A stretch of 64,000 bases of DNA from Spironucleus salmonicida (GCF_000497125.1 NC_090604.1:62001-126000); one strand, 5' to 3'. Counted from the stretch's first letter, positions 1-13,508 are shown. Program-made: numbers and translations. Notes: generated by a model not told the origin, from the letters alone.

Positions 1-665
1 TAGGAGCATTTATTGCGTCGTCACTATTTTTGGTGTCGCTATATGATTGTTTTTTCTCACTAAATGAGTAAATAATGTGTAATAATCACTATTTAGAGAT
101 TATATACAGAAATTATTATAGGTATACTAAAAATTATTTTGGTATGATCAAACTAAAGCGCAAATAAACTCTTGCGTTTATTCAGTTTACATGCTTTAAA
201 ATACGACTTTCATTTGAAGTCAATAATTTTTTATGTAAAATTTTTATAATTATGTTTTGGAAACTAACTGTATTTGGCTCTGCATTACAGGTTACCTTAA
301 TTAAATCCTTAAATACATATTTAAATATTTATACTAATATGTTTATATAAAAAATACATTGTTATAGATTATTTAATTTTAAATGATGCTATTATGAAAA
401 TTACAGATATTATATATGCTTTACTGTTGGTATCAAATTAGAACATAATAAGTTAAACCATAGTAATATTGAATTTATAATTAAAATATTATATTTAGCA
501 CTCAATTATAAAATTTGTTATTCTAGCTACTCTTGTTCCAGCTTAAAATGCAATATAATGTCGAAAATAGATTAAATATAGTTAAGTAGAAATACCATTT
601 AAAACAGAATCGTTTAACAAAAATAAGTAAATCATAAATTTTGACTATATTTATATAAATTATTA

Positions 666-2318
666 TCACTCCTTTATAGAATTTAATATTGATTTTTAGT
701 CAACTACATTTTGAAGGCCTTAAATAGTTATTTCATTATTACTTAAAATATCTACATGATTATTATTACCCACACTTCTTTTTCTTTTTTAAGTTATAAA
801 AATGGCAGTACCTACAACACCACCAACAATAACTAATAAACATATTATGATACCCACCATAGCACCTTAACCAGTTTTATTTACATTTTCAACGCATTTG
901 CCATGATTCAACGAATAATTTTTGGAACATGTTTAACATGTATCAGTACTGGTACAAACCTCACAATTCTCCATGCATTACTAACACTGGCCACCATTTT
1001 GTTATTATTTAAAGAATTAACCTAATGAGCAAGTTTCATCCGCCTAACTTTAATAAGCTATACATTATTTTTCTTCAGTCAAAACAAAATCATCTTTACA
1101 TGACATACATGAACTAGCACTGACACAGGTTTTGCAATTCTATGGGCAGCTTTAACATTCACTGCTCCCCTAAATACTTAAACAATACTGTCCATTGGGA
1201 CAAATTTATTCCGATGAGCATTAAATAACTGGTTATTTTTAGCATATCCCATTTTCTAACAAATACCCTTCAAAACACTTATAGCATCTTTTCTCATTAA
1301 TACAATTCGCACAACCAATAGAACAGTTTAAACACTCATATTTTTCACCAACAAAATACCCATCGAAGCAGTTATCGCAGTGAGATGAAGACGTGCAGTA
1401 CTCACAGCGTTTATCACATTTCTAGCACGTTCCTTAAAACAAAACAAAATGGGGAAGACACTTAGAGCACGCTCTATTGATATCAGCCACCATGCAGTGA
1501 TCTGGAAGTTCATAGCACTTATTTCCATAGTGCGTGTCGACACAATATTAGGTGTCTGCACAAGGATTAATGTCGTTACAGTAGTCGTATTAGCAAGTAT
1601 TCTTCCCAGAGGCTAAAGAAACGCTCATATGAGGCTGGCAAAGTTCACACTCAGTTTCAGATTTGCAGATTCTACATTTTGCTCCGCATGAGGTGCACTT
1701 GCCATTTTTGAGGAAGTAGCCGTCAATGCAGATTTCGCATCTACCATTAATAGAGCAGTTCTTACAGTATGCGGGACAACTTTCACAGGCTTTGTTAATT
1801 AAAACCGAGCTCAAGTTACACTGCGTGCAGATTCCATCATTTGTGCATTCAGAGCACTTACTAGGACATTTCACGCACTTTCCATCCTGCAGGCTAAAAC
1901 CGGAGAGGCATACTTAGCACAGATTTCCGTCCGTGCATTTATTGCAGCCTGGACTGCAAGCTGAACATGTTAAATCAGAATTTAGATAATACTTCGATTG
2001 GCACTGACTGCACGTGTTTGCGTCAGTGCACAGTTCGCAGTTTCTAGCGCAGCTGAGGCACTAATTTCTATCCAAGAAGAATTTTGGCTTACACGTTGTG
2101 CAGGAGCTGGAGTCTGAACAGAGCAGGCAGTTGTATTCACACTTTTGGCATGAGTTTTTATGTTTGAAGTGTCCGGGAAGGCAGTTCACGCAAATATCAG
2201 GTGTTTCGGGCAAGCACTCGGCGCAGTTAAAGATGCCACAAGTGACGCACCGCGGGCCAGTTATAGGGCACACTGTGGTGACGGGGCAGATATTCTCAGG
2301 GCACATGTAGTTGGCCAT
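666..2318 (-). CDS. Cysteine-rich (CXXC-repeat) type I membrane protein, VSP/CRMP-like, ~550 aa
   Basis: Code-6 ORF joins track fragments 2061..2348 and 1590..1874 (same frame). Dense CXXC repeats, C-terminal TM (GAMVGIIICLLVIVGVVGTAIFI) followed by KRKR, ends GAGTGA. Start chosen at caaaATG 2318; the in-frame ATG at 2348 is an alternative. Confidence 0.9.
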
Positions 2319-3359
2319 TTTGAAAAAAAATGTTTTTGCGAATACCATTTAATAGTACTGAATAATAATAAGTATTTTAAGCTAAGTTTCCAGCAATTGT
2401 AATAAATAAACGATTGAAGAAGATTGCATATATTTTGGTTTTGTAGCTTAAGATGTAGGCAAATAATACTGTTGCGATAAAAATATTATATTACGTATTT
2501 AGTTTTAGATATGTTTCCATATTAATCCAAAAACCAAAAATCTGCAAGCGCCTAAAGTACTTTAAAATGAATCTCAACTTCCGGTTATTAAATGAGATTT
2601 TATCCGCAGTTTTACTTATGAATAATGGGTAGTTAGTATTTCGGAAAAAATACAATGAGCGTCTGGCAAAACTTAGCAATAAGCTGAAGTGCAGAGAAAC
2701 TGGGGCTCAGCGCGCTAGAGACTGTGTGGCGTTCATATTAGCCAAAGGCTGCAGGACGAAGGCCCACTTTGCGTTATCCAACTGGCCAATTTTGGTATCA
2801 TCCTGCGCGGCCAGTAACAATGGCACTAAAGCTCTGAACATCCCTATTCTACGCAAAACTTCATCTAATGCGGATTAGTCTAATATTCCAACCTAAAATA
2901 AGCATAAATATCACAGTCTAATATGAATAACCCCGATGAATACCAATGGTGTATATTATTATATATTATTATATATTTCAAGTATCGTTATTTTCGTAGA
3001 GAAAATTGAAACCGTTTTTAAATTATAAAAGTTACTCCTAATTATTATGAAATATATCAGAATTCTAGAAAATTTTATCACCTTTAAAAGTGATTTTACG
3101 CATTTTATACGATTAGTTTAACGGATAGAAAAATTCATAAAAAGATTCTCCTCAATTGCTACTACTTTTGGTTATTAAAACCAACTTTGCCCAATTTTGT
3201 TACCGAACCTATATTCTTGGAAAAACTATACTATACTTGAAATCCCAGAAATGGATAATACATTCACTACTGATAATATACCCAAATCGGCCCGAAACTT
3301 CGCAAATCGAATCAGCATTTCAATCAGGTTTCCGCACAATCCGCCCTCCACTCCAGTCA

Positions 3360-4631
3360 ATGCTTGTCCTCCTCCTGCAAGCCACCTGCCAGCCGATCGG
3401 CTTCGACATCGAGAGCCCCACACTCGCCGACGCCGCAATGCGCGTTTTCGTCACCAAGCAGGGAATCGAGCGCTACTGCACGCGCAACATCAAGAACGCC
3501 ATTGGGACGATCCAGGGCTCCCTGTCCGCCATCGAGGTCAACTACGCGGTCGCCGGCATCGGGATCCAGCTTAAAAATGGGAGAATCATAGAAATCGAGC
3601 TCAACAACATGAGCGTTTTCCTGCATAGCAGCTCCTCCACGATCAAGGTGTCCGACGTCCTGATGAACATCATCTTCGAACTGAAGCTCGAGCAGAAGAC
3701 GTACCCGTATCTCTACGACACCGGGACCATGCAGCTGGAAATCAGCGATTTCACCATTTCTACTTTAGCAACCGTGGAGATTCCCGATGAGTGCAAGAAC
3801 AAGTACAAGATCGCGACAAGGTAGACTATCGTAAGCGTCGACGACTTCAAAATTTAGTTCAAGTCCAATTACGAGGTGCTGCTGAACTCGATCAGCGTGT
3901 TCCTGACGAGCTACCTGAAAGACCTGCTCAACGGTTCACTGGGGCAGGACATGGGCCAGAAGCTCATGGATGCGCTCATGAAGCTGCTGATCGAGCAGAC
4001 GTACCTGCCGCGCATGAGCTACAAGCAGTATGTGGGCACTGATTAGCGCTACTTCAACGGCCTGGAAATCGGCGAAAACTTCATAATGGTTAACTCCACG
4101 GGGCAGCGCTGCTTGTACTAGCACCCAACCAAGTAGCACTGCAAGGGCAATTTGGATGAAAAAGTGACCACCCCGCTCACGTACTTCACCAACCACCACG
4201 TGCAGTACCAGATCGAGAAGCTGGCGTTCAACTCGGGCTTCAAGCTGTATTTGGAAGAAGAGCGCAAAATTGATAATATTATTATAAAGAATATAACGCT
4301 GGTTAAATTTCACAACACGGGTGCGAAGGTCGAGGTGACGCTGGACGTGGGCGGCGCCTCGCACACGCTTACCTACCTTGAGCCAGTGGTCTTCGGTCTG
4401 GAGCGCATCAAGGACAACGTGGACTTCGGGCGGTTCGGGGTGCGGCTCACGAACTTGATTAGTAATAGCACGCTGACATCCGAACAGCTCAAGTCTCTCG
4501 CCGACTACTTCGATAGCTCCTACCCCATGTACGACATCGCGTACGCCAGCGCACTGGGCGTATCGGCCAAGCGGGCGGAGGTGGTGTACCTGGACGCGAA
4601 CTGGATCCACATCGGCAGCTTTATTGAATGA
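3360..4631 (+). CDS. BPI/LBP (TULIP-fold) lipid-binding protein, secreted, 423 aa
   Basis: C-rich motif then ATG, short hydrophobic N-terminus [21 protein letters not shown] resembles the BPI N-terminal RITQKGLDY motif. Fragments 3156..3824 and 4152..4631 join through TAG codons. BPI-like proteins are known in diplomonads. Confidence 0.75.
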
Positions 4632-6399
4632 GTTTTTGGGTTAGTTTGGCCGAGGCGCCTTTTGGGGCTTCGGCGTCGGGCGGTGCGTTTTAGCAGCAAG
4701 GGTAGCTAAAAACGTTGCTCTGGGCGACTGATGCGAATTTTCAGAAATGAGTGTCCGAAATAAAATTATAATTTAATCTATAACGCAGATTTTGAGTATA
4801 TTCTACGGCTTTTAATATGTATATAAGAAAGTTTTCAGTTATGAAAATATTTTGTCTTTTAGTACAGTTTAGCTAGCCACAGGCTGACCGTGCAGCTAAG
4901 GGTATGCTTTTGCCGGAATGCAGAGGTGAAGATTTCGGCGTTGCAGCGTGGGCACTTCGCTCTAGTGCGATAGCAGATTGCACCTGGTGGGAAGTTCGGG
5001 CCTTAGAGTAAAGTGGAAGCAAAATATATCTAAACTCTTATATAATAAGCTATTATACAGTTTCAATAATGATCTTTACCATCATCGTCTGAGCCGATTT
5101 TCCGAAGTGGTGGGAGGCATTTGAGGATTAGTATTATTAGAATTCATCAGCTTCTGTGAAAAATGGAGCAGTATGTGCATGGCAAAACTGGACTCTGGTG
5201 CTGTCAATTTCAATGACTATTTACCTGTTTAGCTTTGCACCTGCTTTTGCGTCTGCCTTTAGGCGGAGTAATGACTTAAAGTAGTTTTTTGTAGTATGCT
5301 TCCTAAAATGGGGTGAAGGCTTTAGACTGGGATAGCTAAATCTTGTAAAGAAAAGTTTGGAAGCACTCTATACGGGCACGGTTTTTGCACGCCTTGCAGT
5401 TCAGTAGTCGAGTCTCATCTTTACAGCTACAAGATATTTGCCTAGGAAAGGTAAGATCTTTACACGATGAACAGGAGAAGTCGCTTGGGATATTCGCCGC
5501 GCAATACATATCTGATAAACAGCTATTGGCCTTGCCAGGTTAAAATTCCAGTGGGTACATTTTTGATTTTTAATATGTTTTGAAATCTATATGTCTTTTG
5601 GTTAGATGACGCTTACTAATACCAAATTATAATTAAAATAAATTATAATCGTAAACTAGATCGGAGAATATTTAAGTAAAAGATATATAAACTCGTAACA
5701 ATACGGCATTGTTGGAAACAAACCACAGTAACTTGGATATCAGAACTTAGACCTTTATTCTGGCATTTAGGAGCATATTTTACTGTGTGTCTTGCCTATG
5801 GCAAAGCCAGTGTCTGATCGAACCCAGCCAGCGGTGTTATCAGAATAACTTGAGCTAGCATCCCGTGCTCAAGCTTACGCCCTATTGATAAGGATGGCTA
5901 CCGCCTCAGCCCATCTTGCATATTCATTAGTTTTAGACTATCTGCACATCTCCTAGTATGATACCATGCAAAGAGGCACCCGCGGTATTTTAACATATTA
6001 GATAGGCTGAGCTTTCCCAGCTTGTCGAACACGAACCGGCTGGCCCTCTTTCAGGTATCCACCAGCTCGCTTAACCGACCTCAGCCATTTTGGAGGATGC
6101 CGCGCATCGGCCAACAATTTACTGCAGACATTCATACTTATCACCCGAGCAGTATTATTCTAGATGCGGTATCCCCGTGTAGGTTAAGCCCCGCGTGGAG
6201 GTACATCCAAAAAGTTATCACTGGTGGCAGACATATCGCAGGCACCAAAATCAGATATACCAAATTAAGGATCATTGCCTCCAATCCTAGCACCCAGCAC
6301 CAGTCGAATATGGTCACAGCCGCCAGTCCTTGCCTGGGCCTTTCGGTTGCATTTTGAGTACGATGTCTTATATTATTATATACATATCAACTCCACACA

Positions 6400-6744
6400 A
6401 TGCCCGACACCGCCATCCCGATTTCCTACAGGAGCATCTTCCTGATATCCTTCCTGGTGTAGATAGCGACCTGTTCTATCGTGCAACTCATCAATTGCAC
6501 TATCCTGGCGCTCCGCGTGCACCGGCACCAAAAGAGCGTGGTAATATTCTCGGTGCTGGTGGTGCTGCCCTTCGCGCTGCAGATCCTCAAGATCCTGATA
6601 TCGTCCGTTATGTTAACCGCTATCGTGCTGCTCTCCTACGAGAACAACAGCCTCTTCGCCAACCTCACGCTCTACAAGCTGCTCACCATCAACGTCGTGA
6701 CAGTGCTCCTGCAGCTGGCGGGCCAGTTCATCTCAGCAGCATGA
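6400..6744 (+). CDS. Small multi-pass membrane protein, 114 aa, unknown function
   Basis: ctccacacaATG start, high GC3 codon usage, MPDTAIPISYRSIFLISFLVQIATCSIVQLINC... with 3-4 hydrophobic segments. Confidence 0.65.
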
Positions 6745-7299
6745 TGAGCGTGCTTACGAGCAGGGAAGGTACGGATTGGGAATATTGACTGGAGCTACTT
6801 ACGGTGGAACCTTACCGGCTCCAGAAATAGCTGGCAGGCGCATCACCACTAGCGTCAATAAACGGTAAACTGCATGTGATGCCATGGAGAATTCCAGACT
6901 GGATATGTTCCCAATTCTACTTCATGTCCTCGCCACTCTGATCCGTTGACTAGGACGCGCGTTGGCTGGAGATACAACGATGTCATCTTCAGTGATACAG
7001 ATTAATCACTGCTCTATATTATTTGCATCGCCCACGATTCCCAGAAGCTGCCTAACCAGGATACTGGGTGCTCGGTTCGTTATCGAGGGAGTTGGAGCTA
7101 ACAAGGCTGACGATTCTCCCAAACTTCCATGGAAACTGCATTCGATGGCTTTAGACTGCCAAATGGTGTCTCCGTATATTAGGGGCACCGGGTATAATTT
7201 TCATCCTAAATCTAAGTCATTTTCCTCGCACTCTGGTACAGTTTGGCTGTTTGGTCTCAAATCTTAACCAGTGATGCGCGCAATCTGCTAAAATTCCAG

Positions 7300-8228
7300 T
7301 CACTCAACCTGCACTTGAGTCGCACTGCCGCCAGCAGCCTTCTTGTGCTTCTTCACAAAGTAGTAGGCGAGCCCGCCACCCACGACGGCAGCGACTGCGA
7401 CGACACCTAGCACGATTCCTACAATCGCACCACTGCTCAAGCGAGTGTTCTTGCTCTCCTCTGTGGCTTCAGGATCGGTTGGCTTTACCGAGGGATCTGG
7501 GTTGATCGGTGGGTTCGGTTTTTCTGGTTCCACCGGGGGCTTGGGGTCCTCCGGCTCCACAGCGGTCTCTAGGGCTACGCACAGCTTGCCGAGCATCTCG
7601 AAGCCATCCTTGCACACCTCACACTTTCCCCCGTCCAGCTTCAGGTTCTTGAGGCACGCCCCGCAGCTGCTACCACCGTCTGTATCATTACAGGTGGCGC
7701 AGTTGGCGACGTCCTGGCACTTGCAGGCGCTGGTTATGTCATCAGCACATGTAGTAGCAGTACTGCCATTGCAGTACTGTCCATCCATGGGAGTGCAGGT
7801 GGCGGTGCACTTACCATCGGTTGTGGTGAGCGGGCAGCCGTACCGCTTTTGCTCTGGACGAAGAATTCCGCTGACGTGCAGATGTCGCACCCCTCCTGGC
7901 ACTTTGCGCACGTCTTGGTCTTGCTGTCGCAGTAGCCCAAGTCACGGTACCGGCACTTCTTGTTCGTTGCGCACTAGATGAGGCTGGGGTCTATTTGACT
8001 GCACTTGCCATTGTTCACGAAAAGGTTGTTGAAGCACTCTATGCAGGCACCATCTTTGCAGATCTTACACTCTTCGGTTGGTGTAAAATCTGTGCAATTA
8101 CAATCTACGTAGGTAGGGCTATTTTATCCACACAGAATACAGTCGGTATCCCCTGAAGAAAAGGATGGACATAGATAGTTGGCACGACACCTGTTCTCGT
8201 ATTCGTTACATTACTCTATTGGTACCAT
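7300..8228 (-). pseudogene. Cysteine-rich membrane protein (CRMP1-like) with a frameshift near 7840-7865
   Basis: The N-terminal CXXC half (MVPIEQCNEYENRCRANYLCP...CQEGCDICTSAEF) and the C-terminal half (GCPLTTTDGKC...Pro-rich stalk...GAIVGIVLGVVAVAAVVGGGLAYYFVKKHKK) lie in different frames. Confidence 0.75.
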
Positions 8229-9182
8229 TTCTGTTTTAGATAGTGTAATAATTGTATTTCCGTGCAGGTTAAGTGAAATTCAGTTTTTAGTCTAAACTTA
8301 GTAATAGTACATTATGGTACATATCTTATACTAAATTAGGAAGAAAGCAGTATGCAAAAAGTAAAATAATGTTTAAAATTATAATAGTAAGAAACTTAAA
8401 AATCTGTATAATATACTTTAAATTGCATCACAGACATAAATATGCGCGTTTTTAATCTTCACTTATTCTGTTCTTGTAGGTCTTCCTTTACTTACTATTA
8501 GTAAGAATTAGTTAGATTAACCTAATTGCAAAGTATTCAGCACATCATGTATACGAATTTCAATGATTTCTTGTTTTAGTTTAACTTAATTATTATCATG
8601 ACCAAGCCTATTAAAACATTTAAAATTTCAATTTTTTATACAATAGTTAGCTAAACTCAGCTAAGAGGAGATAACACTAACATACTTGCCATCAAATCCA
8701 GTTTCTATCAGAATTTCAGATGATAAATATTTATTATGCCATAACGGTTTCCAAAAATAGTAAATATTATAATAGTAATAATATATCAACACACCCAGAA
8801 AAAAGCATTTAGTGATTTTCAAAAAATAACAATTTTATAATTCGCGCTGCAAACCATAAAATAACGAACTTTCAAAACGCACTAAATACTAATTTGGCGG
8901 CGGGAACTGAATGGGCACTATATACTCCTTTTATTCCTGCTTATCGACTTGTACTGCTTTCGAGCATGAGTAGAGTGACCATTTAAACGCATAATTACTA
9001 GAAATGAACTCCAGATTGCGCAATAATTGATTTAAGCTGCATCCCTGATTTGCAAGTCTCTATAATCCTCAATCATCAAATAAATGCAAAGCTATCCAAT
9101 TTCTGCCAGTGTGCGCCTAGCTCACCCATATGCGAGTCCGTTAAGGAACGCTGCCGTACTTCACACCCAAACTAATTTATGC

Positions 9183-10880
9183 TCACTCCATCTCGCAAAT
9201 CAGCCGATCCACCGCATCGAGGTCCACGTCTCCGTCTACATCGAGCCCATCCACGCCCATCACCAAATCCATCTCGCCCTCCAAAGCCAGCCGCTCGTAC
9301 TCCAGCTAGCTCTCCTCAGCCAGCTGCTAGATCTGAACCACGCTGTTCTGCATGCATTTGTCGTCAATTTCCTTCAGTTTCTCCTCCAATTCGCCTTCGT
9401 TTCCGCCCTAAATTCCACCAGAACTGCTCAAAAAGCGTGCTTTTTCACCACATCCAAGCGCGTCGCTGCTGAGAAGCATTTTTTCGACCCGCTCAAGACG
9501 CTCGGAAACGCAGTCGCGTTCCCTTTCGAGCTCGAAAACACGCGTTTTCAAGCCACTCATCTGCTGGTTCACGATGAAGTCGCTGAGGCCCTAATCGAGG
9601 TCCATGAGCTAGTTTTGGACCTCCATTTGCATGTTTTTGCTGTCGATTTGGCTGTTTTCGATGACGGAAACGCGTTTTAGGAGCGACGTGAAGGCGCCTA
9701 CGACTTCGGTCTGGAATTCCTCTAAAGCGGCGCTCAAATCGTCGATGTTTTGGTCGTTTTTGAACATTTGGATTTGGTTCTGAAACTGTGAAGAAATTGT
9801 ATTAATTTGAGCCAATTGGTCACTTTTCACGTGATTTTCGAGGTCCTGCTGCGTCGATTTTTGCAGTCTCAAAAATGTTACTTTCCAGAGGTCTGCGAGC
9901 TTGTTTGCGCCAAAACCACCGAAAATGTAAATTTCAGATAAATTTGCGCAATATACACTGTCATCAGTATTATCATATAATAATATATTATTGCAATTAA
10001 ATTCTAATTATAATTTTTCTACGGTACCGTAGAATTTTTTGTTATTCTATATAATACAAGAACCAAATGCATGTCTAGCAGGAATTACCGTAGAATCCAT
10101 TTATTTTACGGTAAAGTCGTTCAAGTTTATGACATACATATCATTTAATACTGAATTGTCTCCAGAACCACCAAAAATCACCATTTCATCCGTAGAAATT
10201 ATGTGAGCCATATGTTCAGTTCTGGCAGGTATAATAATGTTATTATTCAAAGAAACGCATTTTGCTGTTTAACTGACTGGATCGACGACCCAGATATCAT
10301 TCAGGCGGCCGACAGCCCCTTTTCCTCCGAAAACAATCAATTTTCCGTCGTTTTCGCACATCGACATCCCGTAACGACCACAAATTCCGTCAATTTCGAG
10401 CCTTTTCCACTCCAATTCAATCAGATCCAATTCATAAAAATCGTCGAAAAGGGCTTAAATTTGCGGATTTTTGCCGCCGAAAACGTAAAGTTTTGACCCG
10501 ATAATCGCAGCTGCGTGGCCGTATCTGCCGGGAGGGCTGTTTTTGGTGTTCAGAAGACCCCAAGAAGTCCCGTTGAAAAGCCAGGTGTCGCTCAGGAATT
10601 TGTTCTGCGAATCACCGCCGAAAAGGACGAATTTAGAGATAGAAAACTGCGTTAATGTGTGACCCCTTCGTACTGATGGCGTCAAATTAGAGCGAGGTTT
10701 TGGTAACCACTGCAGTTACGATGAATTTTAGATGTCGAGCGAGTTCAAGTCTGAGTGGTAGAGCTACGAGAACCCGCCGAACGAAAAGAGTGTCGTATTG
10801 ATATATGCAAGGGCCGTTGAGGAACGTGGGACCGGTGCTGTCTGTGGCATGCGGGTCAGCGAATAGGCTAGCGCGTCCAT
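9183..10880 (-). CDS. Kelch-repeat protein with C-terminal coiled-coil, 565 aa
   Basis: Kelch motifs LFSFGG, RRGHT...FVLFGG...LSDTWLF, GRYGHAAA...LYVFGG, IYIFGG...DLW, then a heptad region; ends GAGTGA. Confidence 0.9.
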
Positions 10881-11645
10881 TAAATTTTAAGATGTGGAAG
10901 GTAAATTTTTAGATATAGTAATATATAATAATATAATTAGTTGACCTAAAAATAATGGAGTGAAATGTGAATAAGATGAATATAAGAAGTAGGAGGAGTA
11001 TGAATGAAAGAAGAATATAAAAAGGTGATAAGTTGAACATTATGACAAATACTGATGGGATTGATAATAAAAATAAAAATTGTAGAGTGTTTGGTAGTGC
11101 ATAAGAAATTTTGTTAGATAAGTGTTGATTTTAATTATTATAGCTCTCATTGTTTTAATTACCGCTAATATGGTTTCCTTGTTTGATTATCAGTCGGAAT
11201 AAATTATAAACTTATGCTATCAAACATTGGATTTGTTAATATTAGTAATTAATTAGTGTTGCTGTAATCATATTGAAAGTTCAAACTATAACATTGGTAG
11301 CTAGTTTATAACAAATATAACGGGATCATAATAAATTTTTATTTTTATATAATAAATAACTATCATAAAAAAAGTATAAAATACAACAGTTTTGTTATCA
11401 TATAGTATTCTAAAATAAATTATGTAATATAGTATTGATAAGTGATAATCATGATTTTTGAAGCTACTACTTTATTACTTGTAATCCTTAATATTAATAG
11501 TTGTGTTTATTATTAATAAATTGAAAGTAACAGTAATAAATAAGTTTAAAACTTTACTAAATCTCTTGTTTAAACAGATGTTATTGTTATGAAAGCTCTA
11601 GTGAAAGTATATGAAACAAATAATCTTATATATTTACAAAATTTC

Positions 11646-12095
11646 TCACTTGACTTTCACAATTTCACCTCGTAACACTTTCTCCCAAAATAAAATCTTT
11701 TTAGCAATAATACTGTTTTCTCTTTAAATTCTTGTAATTTTAGAAAGCGCTTGAACTTCATTAATCTCATTTAAGCGTTCTAGTCGTAGCCTTTAAATAG
11801 ATTTTTTAACTTAAAATAGTGTTTGCTATAAGGTAGTATTATCGAGTTTAAACTATTTTAAATGCTCGTTTAATACTTAGAAATTTTCAGTAATATAATT
11901 TGTAAACTCATCGAAACTGAGGTCGGTATTAACTTCTAAAACGGATAAGGAAACATTATTTAAGTCTAAATTTAAGTCATCAGATAAAAGTGAGCTAGAA
12001 TCAGAACAACAGAGTTAAGATTTAGTTATGTTGTAAAGATTCTACTGTATAACATCTTTGTCTAATAAAAGCTCCTATAATGTTTAATCCGACAT
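11646..12095 (-). CDS. Hypothetical coiled-coil protein, 149 aa (zipper-module family)
   Basis: Open in code 6 from MSDQTLQELLLDKD to KITRIQRENSIIAKKILFWEKVLRGEIVKVK, ends AAGTGA. Confidence 0.75.
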
Positions 12096-12329
12096 TATCT
12101 AAAAATCAAATTATAATCCAGATATAATATGATTTTCATGTTAAAATTATTTTTACTTACAAAAATTAATATAAATTATATATAGAATTATATTACTAAT
12201 TTATTTTATTTTTTGATTAAATATTATGATTATTATTATGATTAAGTTATTTTAATTACCAAAAAAATTAAACTTTAATCAGATTATCTATACAATATTT
12301 AATAATGGAATCGTTTAAAAACCTGTAAA

Positions 12330-12815
12330 ATGTCACTTGCCGAGATGCTTAAAAATTTTGATGATAGATAGTTTACAAAGCCAGATCAACAGTAAGTATA
12401 AAGTAGTAATATTCTAGAAGCACTACTTGGAAATATTGATACTTCTTCAAGTGAAGATATTGTAGAACATGTAAAGTCTTATTCAGTAGAAATAAATTCA
12501 CAATAATATGAGAATTTATCGTTAAAATGTGATGATATTTTATAGTAGCTATCTAATCCCTTAAATGCACCAAAATCAGATATTTCCTCATTATCTTAAA
12601 ATTAAGAAAGCATAGGAATTTTAATAGCGAAAAACTAACAGGAAAATTAAATTCTGTTGCAGTAGGTTAAAATTCTAGGTGCATCTTTGGCTCAAGTTAT
12701 TTAATAGAGAAACTAGAGCCCAATAATGTAGTAAATTGCAATTTTAGAATAGTAAAATTAGTTTTTAACATAGAAAGTTAACTAACTCGAAAGTATCATA
12801 ATGAGACGAAAGTGA
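12330..12815 (+). CDS. Hypothetical coiled-coil protein, 161 aa (zipper-module family)
   Basis: aaaATG MSLAEMLKNFDD...IAILEQQNQFLTQKVNQLESIIMRRK, ends AAGTGA. The C-terminus is clearly similar to gene A at 17085. Confidence 0.8.
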
Positions 12816-13508
12816 AAGTTGCGTTATATAATTATTATATTAAATATACTGTATTTGTAAATTAAACATTTTGTATAAAGAAGTTTCGCGGAACCCATCA
12901 GCATCATCGTCGTCGTCCAGCCCGATCTGCTCCAAACCACCAGGCCGCTGCCGTCAGTCCACCCTTCTGGCGCCAAGCCTATGTTTCACGCCGGTACAGA
13001 AACTCGCGCACTGGCTAGAGCGCTTCACCCAAACGTCCATGGCCTGTCCTGCCAGAATCATAGGTTCTCAGCCCGAGAAGCTGTCCTAAGCTGGCACCAC
13101 GACGCCAGCAGGGGTGTATCTCGATCAACGCCTTTGTATCGCTGTTCAGCGTAACCTCTGATGCAGATATACGTTTCAAGTTACACTGGGGCTGGACCAA
13201 TAGTGACAGAGAGGGTCCATGCGGTTATCCGGTGTAGCTAAATTACAAATTTTAGGATTATTATCCAATACTATATATTCGATATCCAGTTCCTCACTAC
13301 TGAGGTCGTATATTTTTCTTCAATATATTCAATTTATCGAGACGTTGATTTCCAATATTAATTATATTATGGTATGAATTATACTTTCGTAGAATTAAGT
13401 TTCCTTATTAGTCCGTAAGATTTGCGATATTAATACACTTCCCAGTTTCGGTTTTTATATTACTACTAAAATAAGCGGAATCCTATTAACAAAAACAGCT
13501 TCGTAAAA

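Noticed and set aside
2690-2860. GC-richer intergenic patch with an actggcc...ggccagt inverted pair as a candidate ncRNA
   Set aside because: Only a 7 bp stem; no tRNA, snoRNA or snRNA hallmarks recognisable.
8628-9068. Open minus-strand frame downstream of the Kelch stop
   Set aside because: It has no ATG and is separated from the Kelch ORF by two TGAs, and the Kelch gene ends in a typical GAGTGA.
12884-12892. tccgcgaaa 9-mer at both ends of the repeated unit as a possible target-site duplication
   Set aside because: It lies about 24 bp outside the arm, is absent from the right flank, and coincides with the common upstream C-rich motif.
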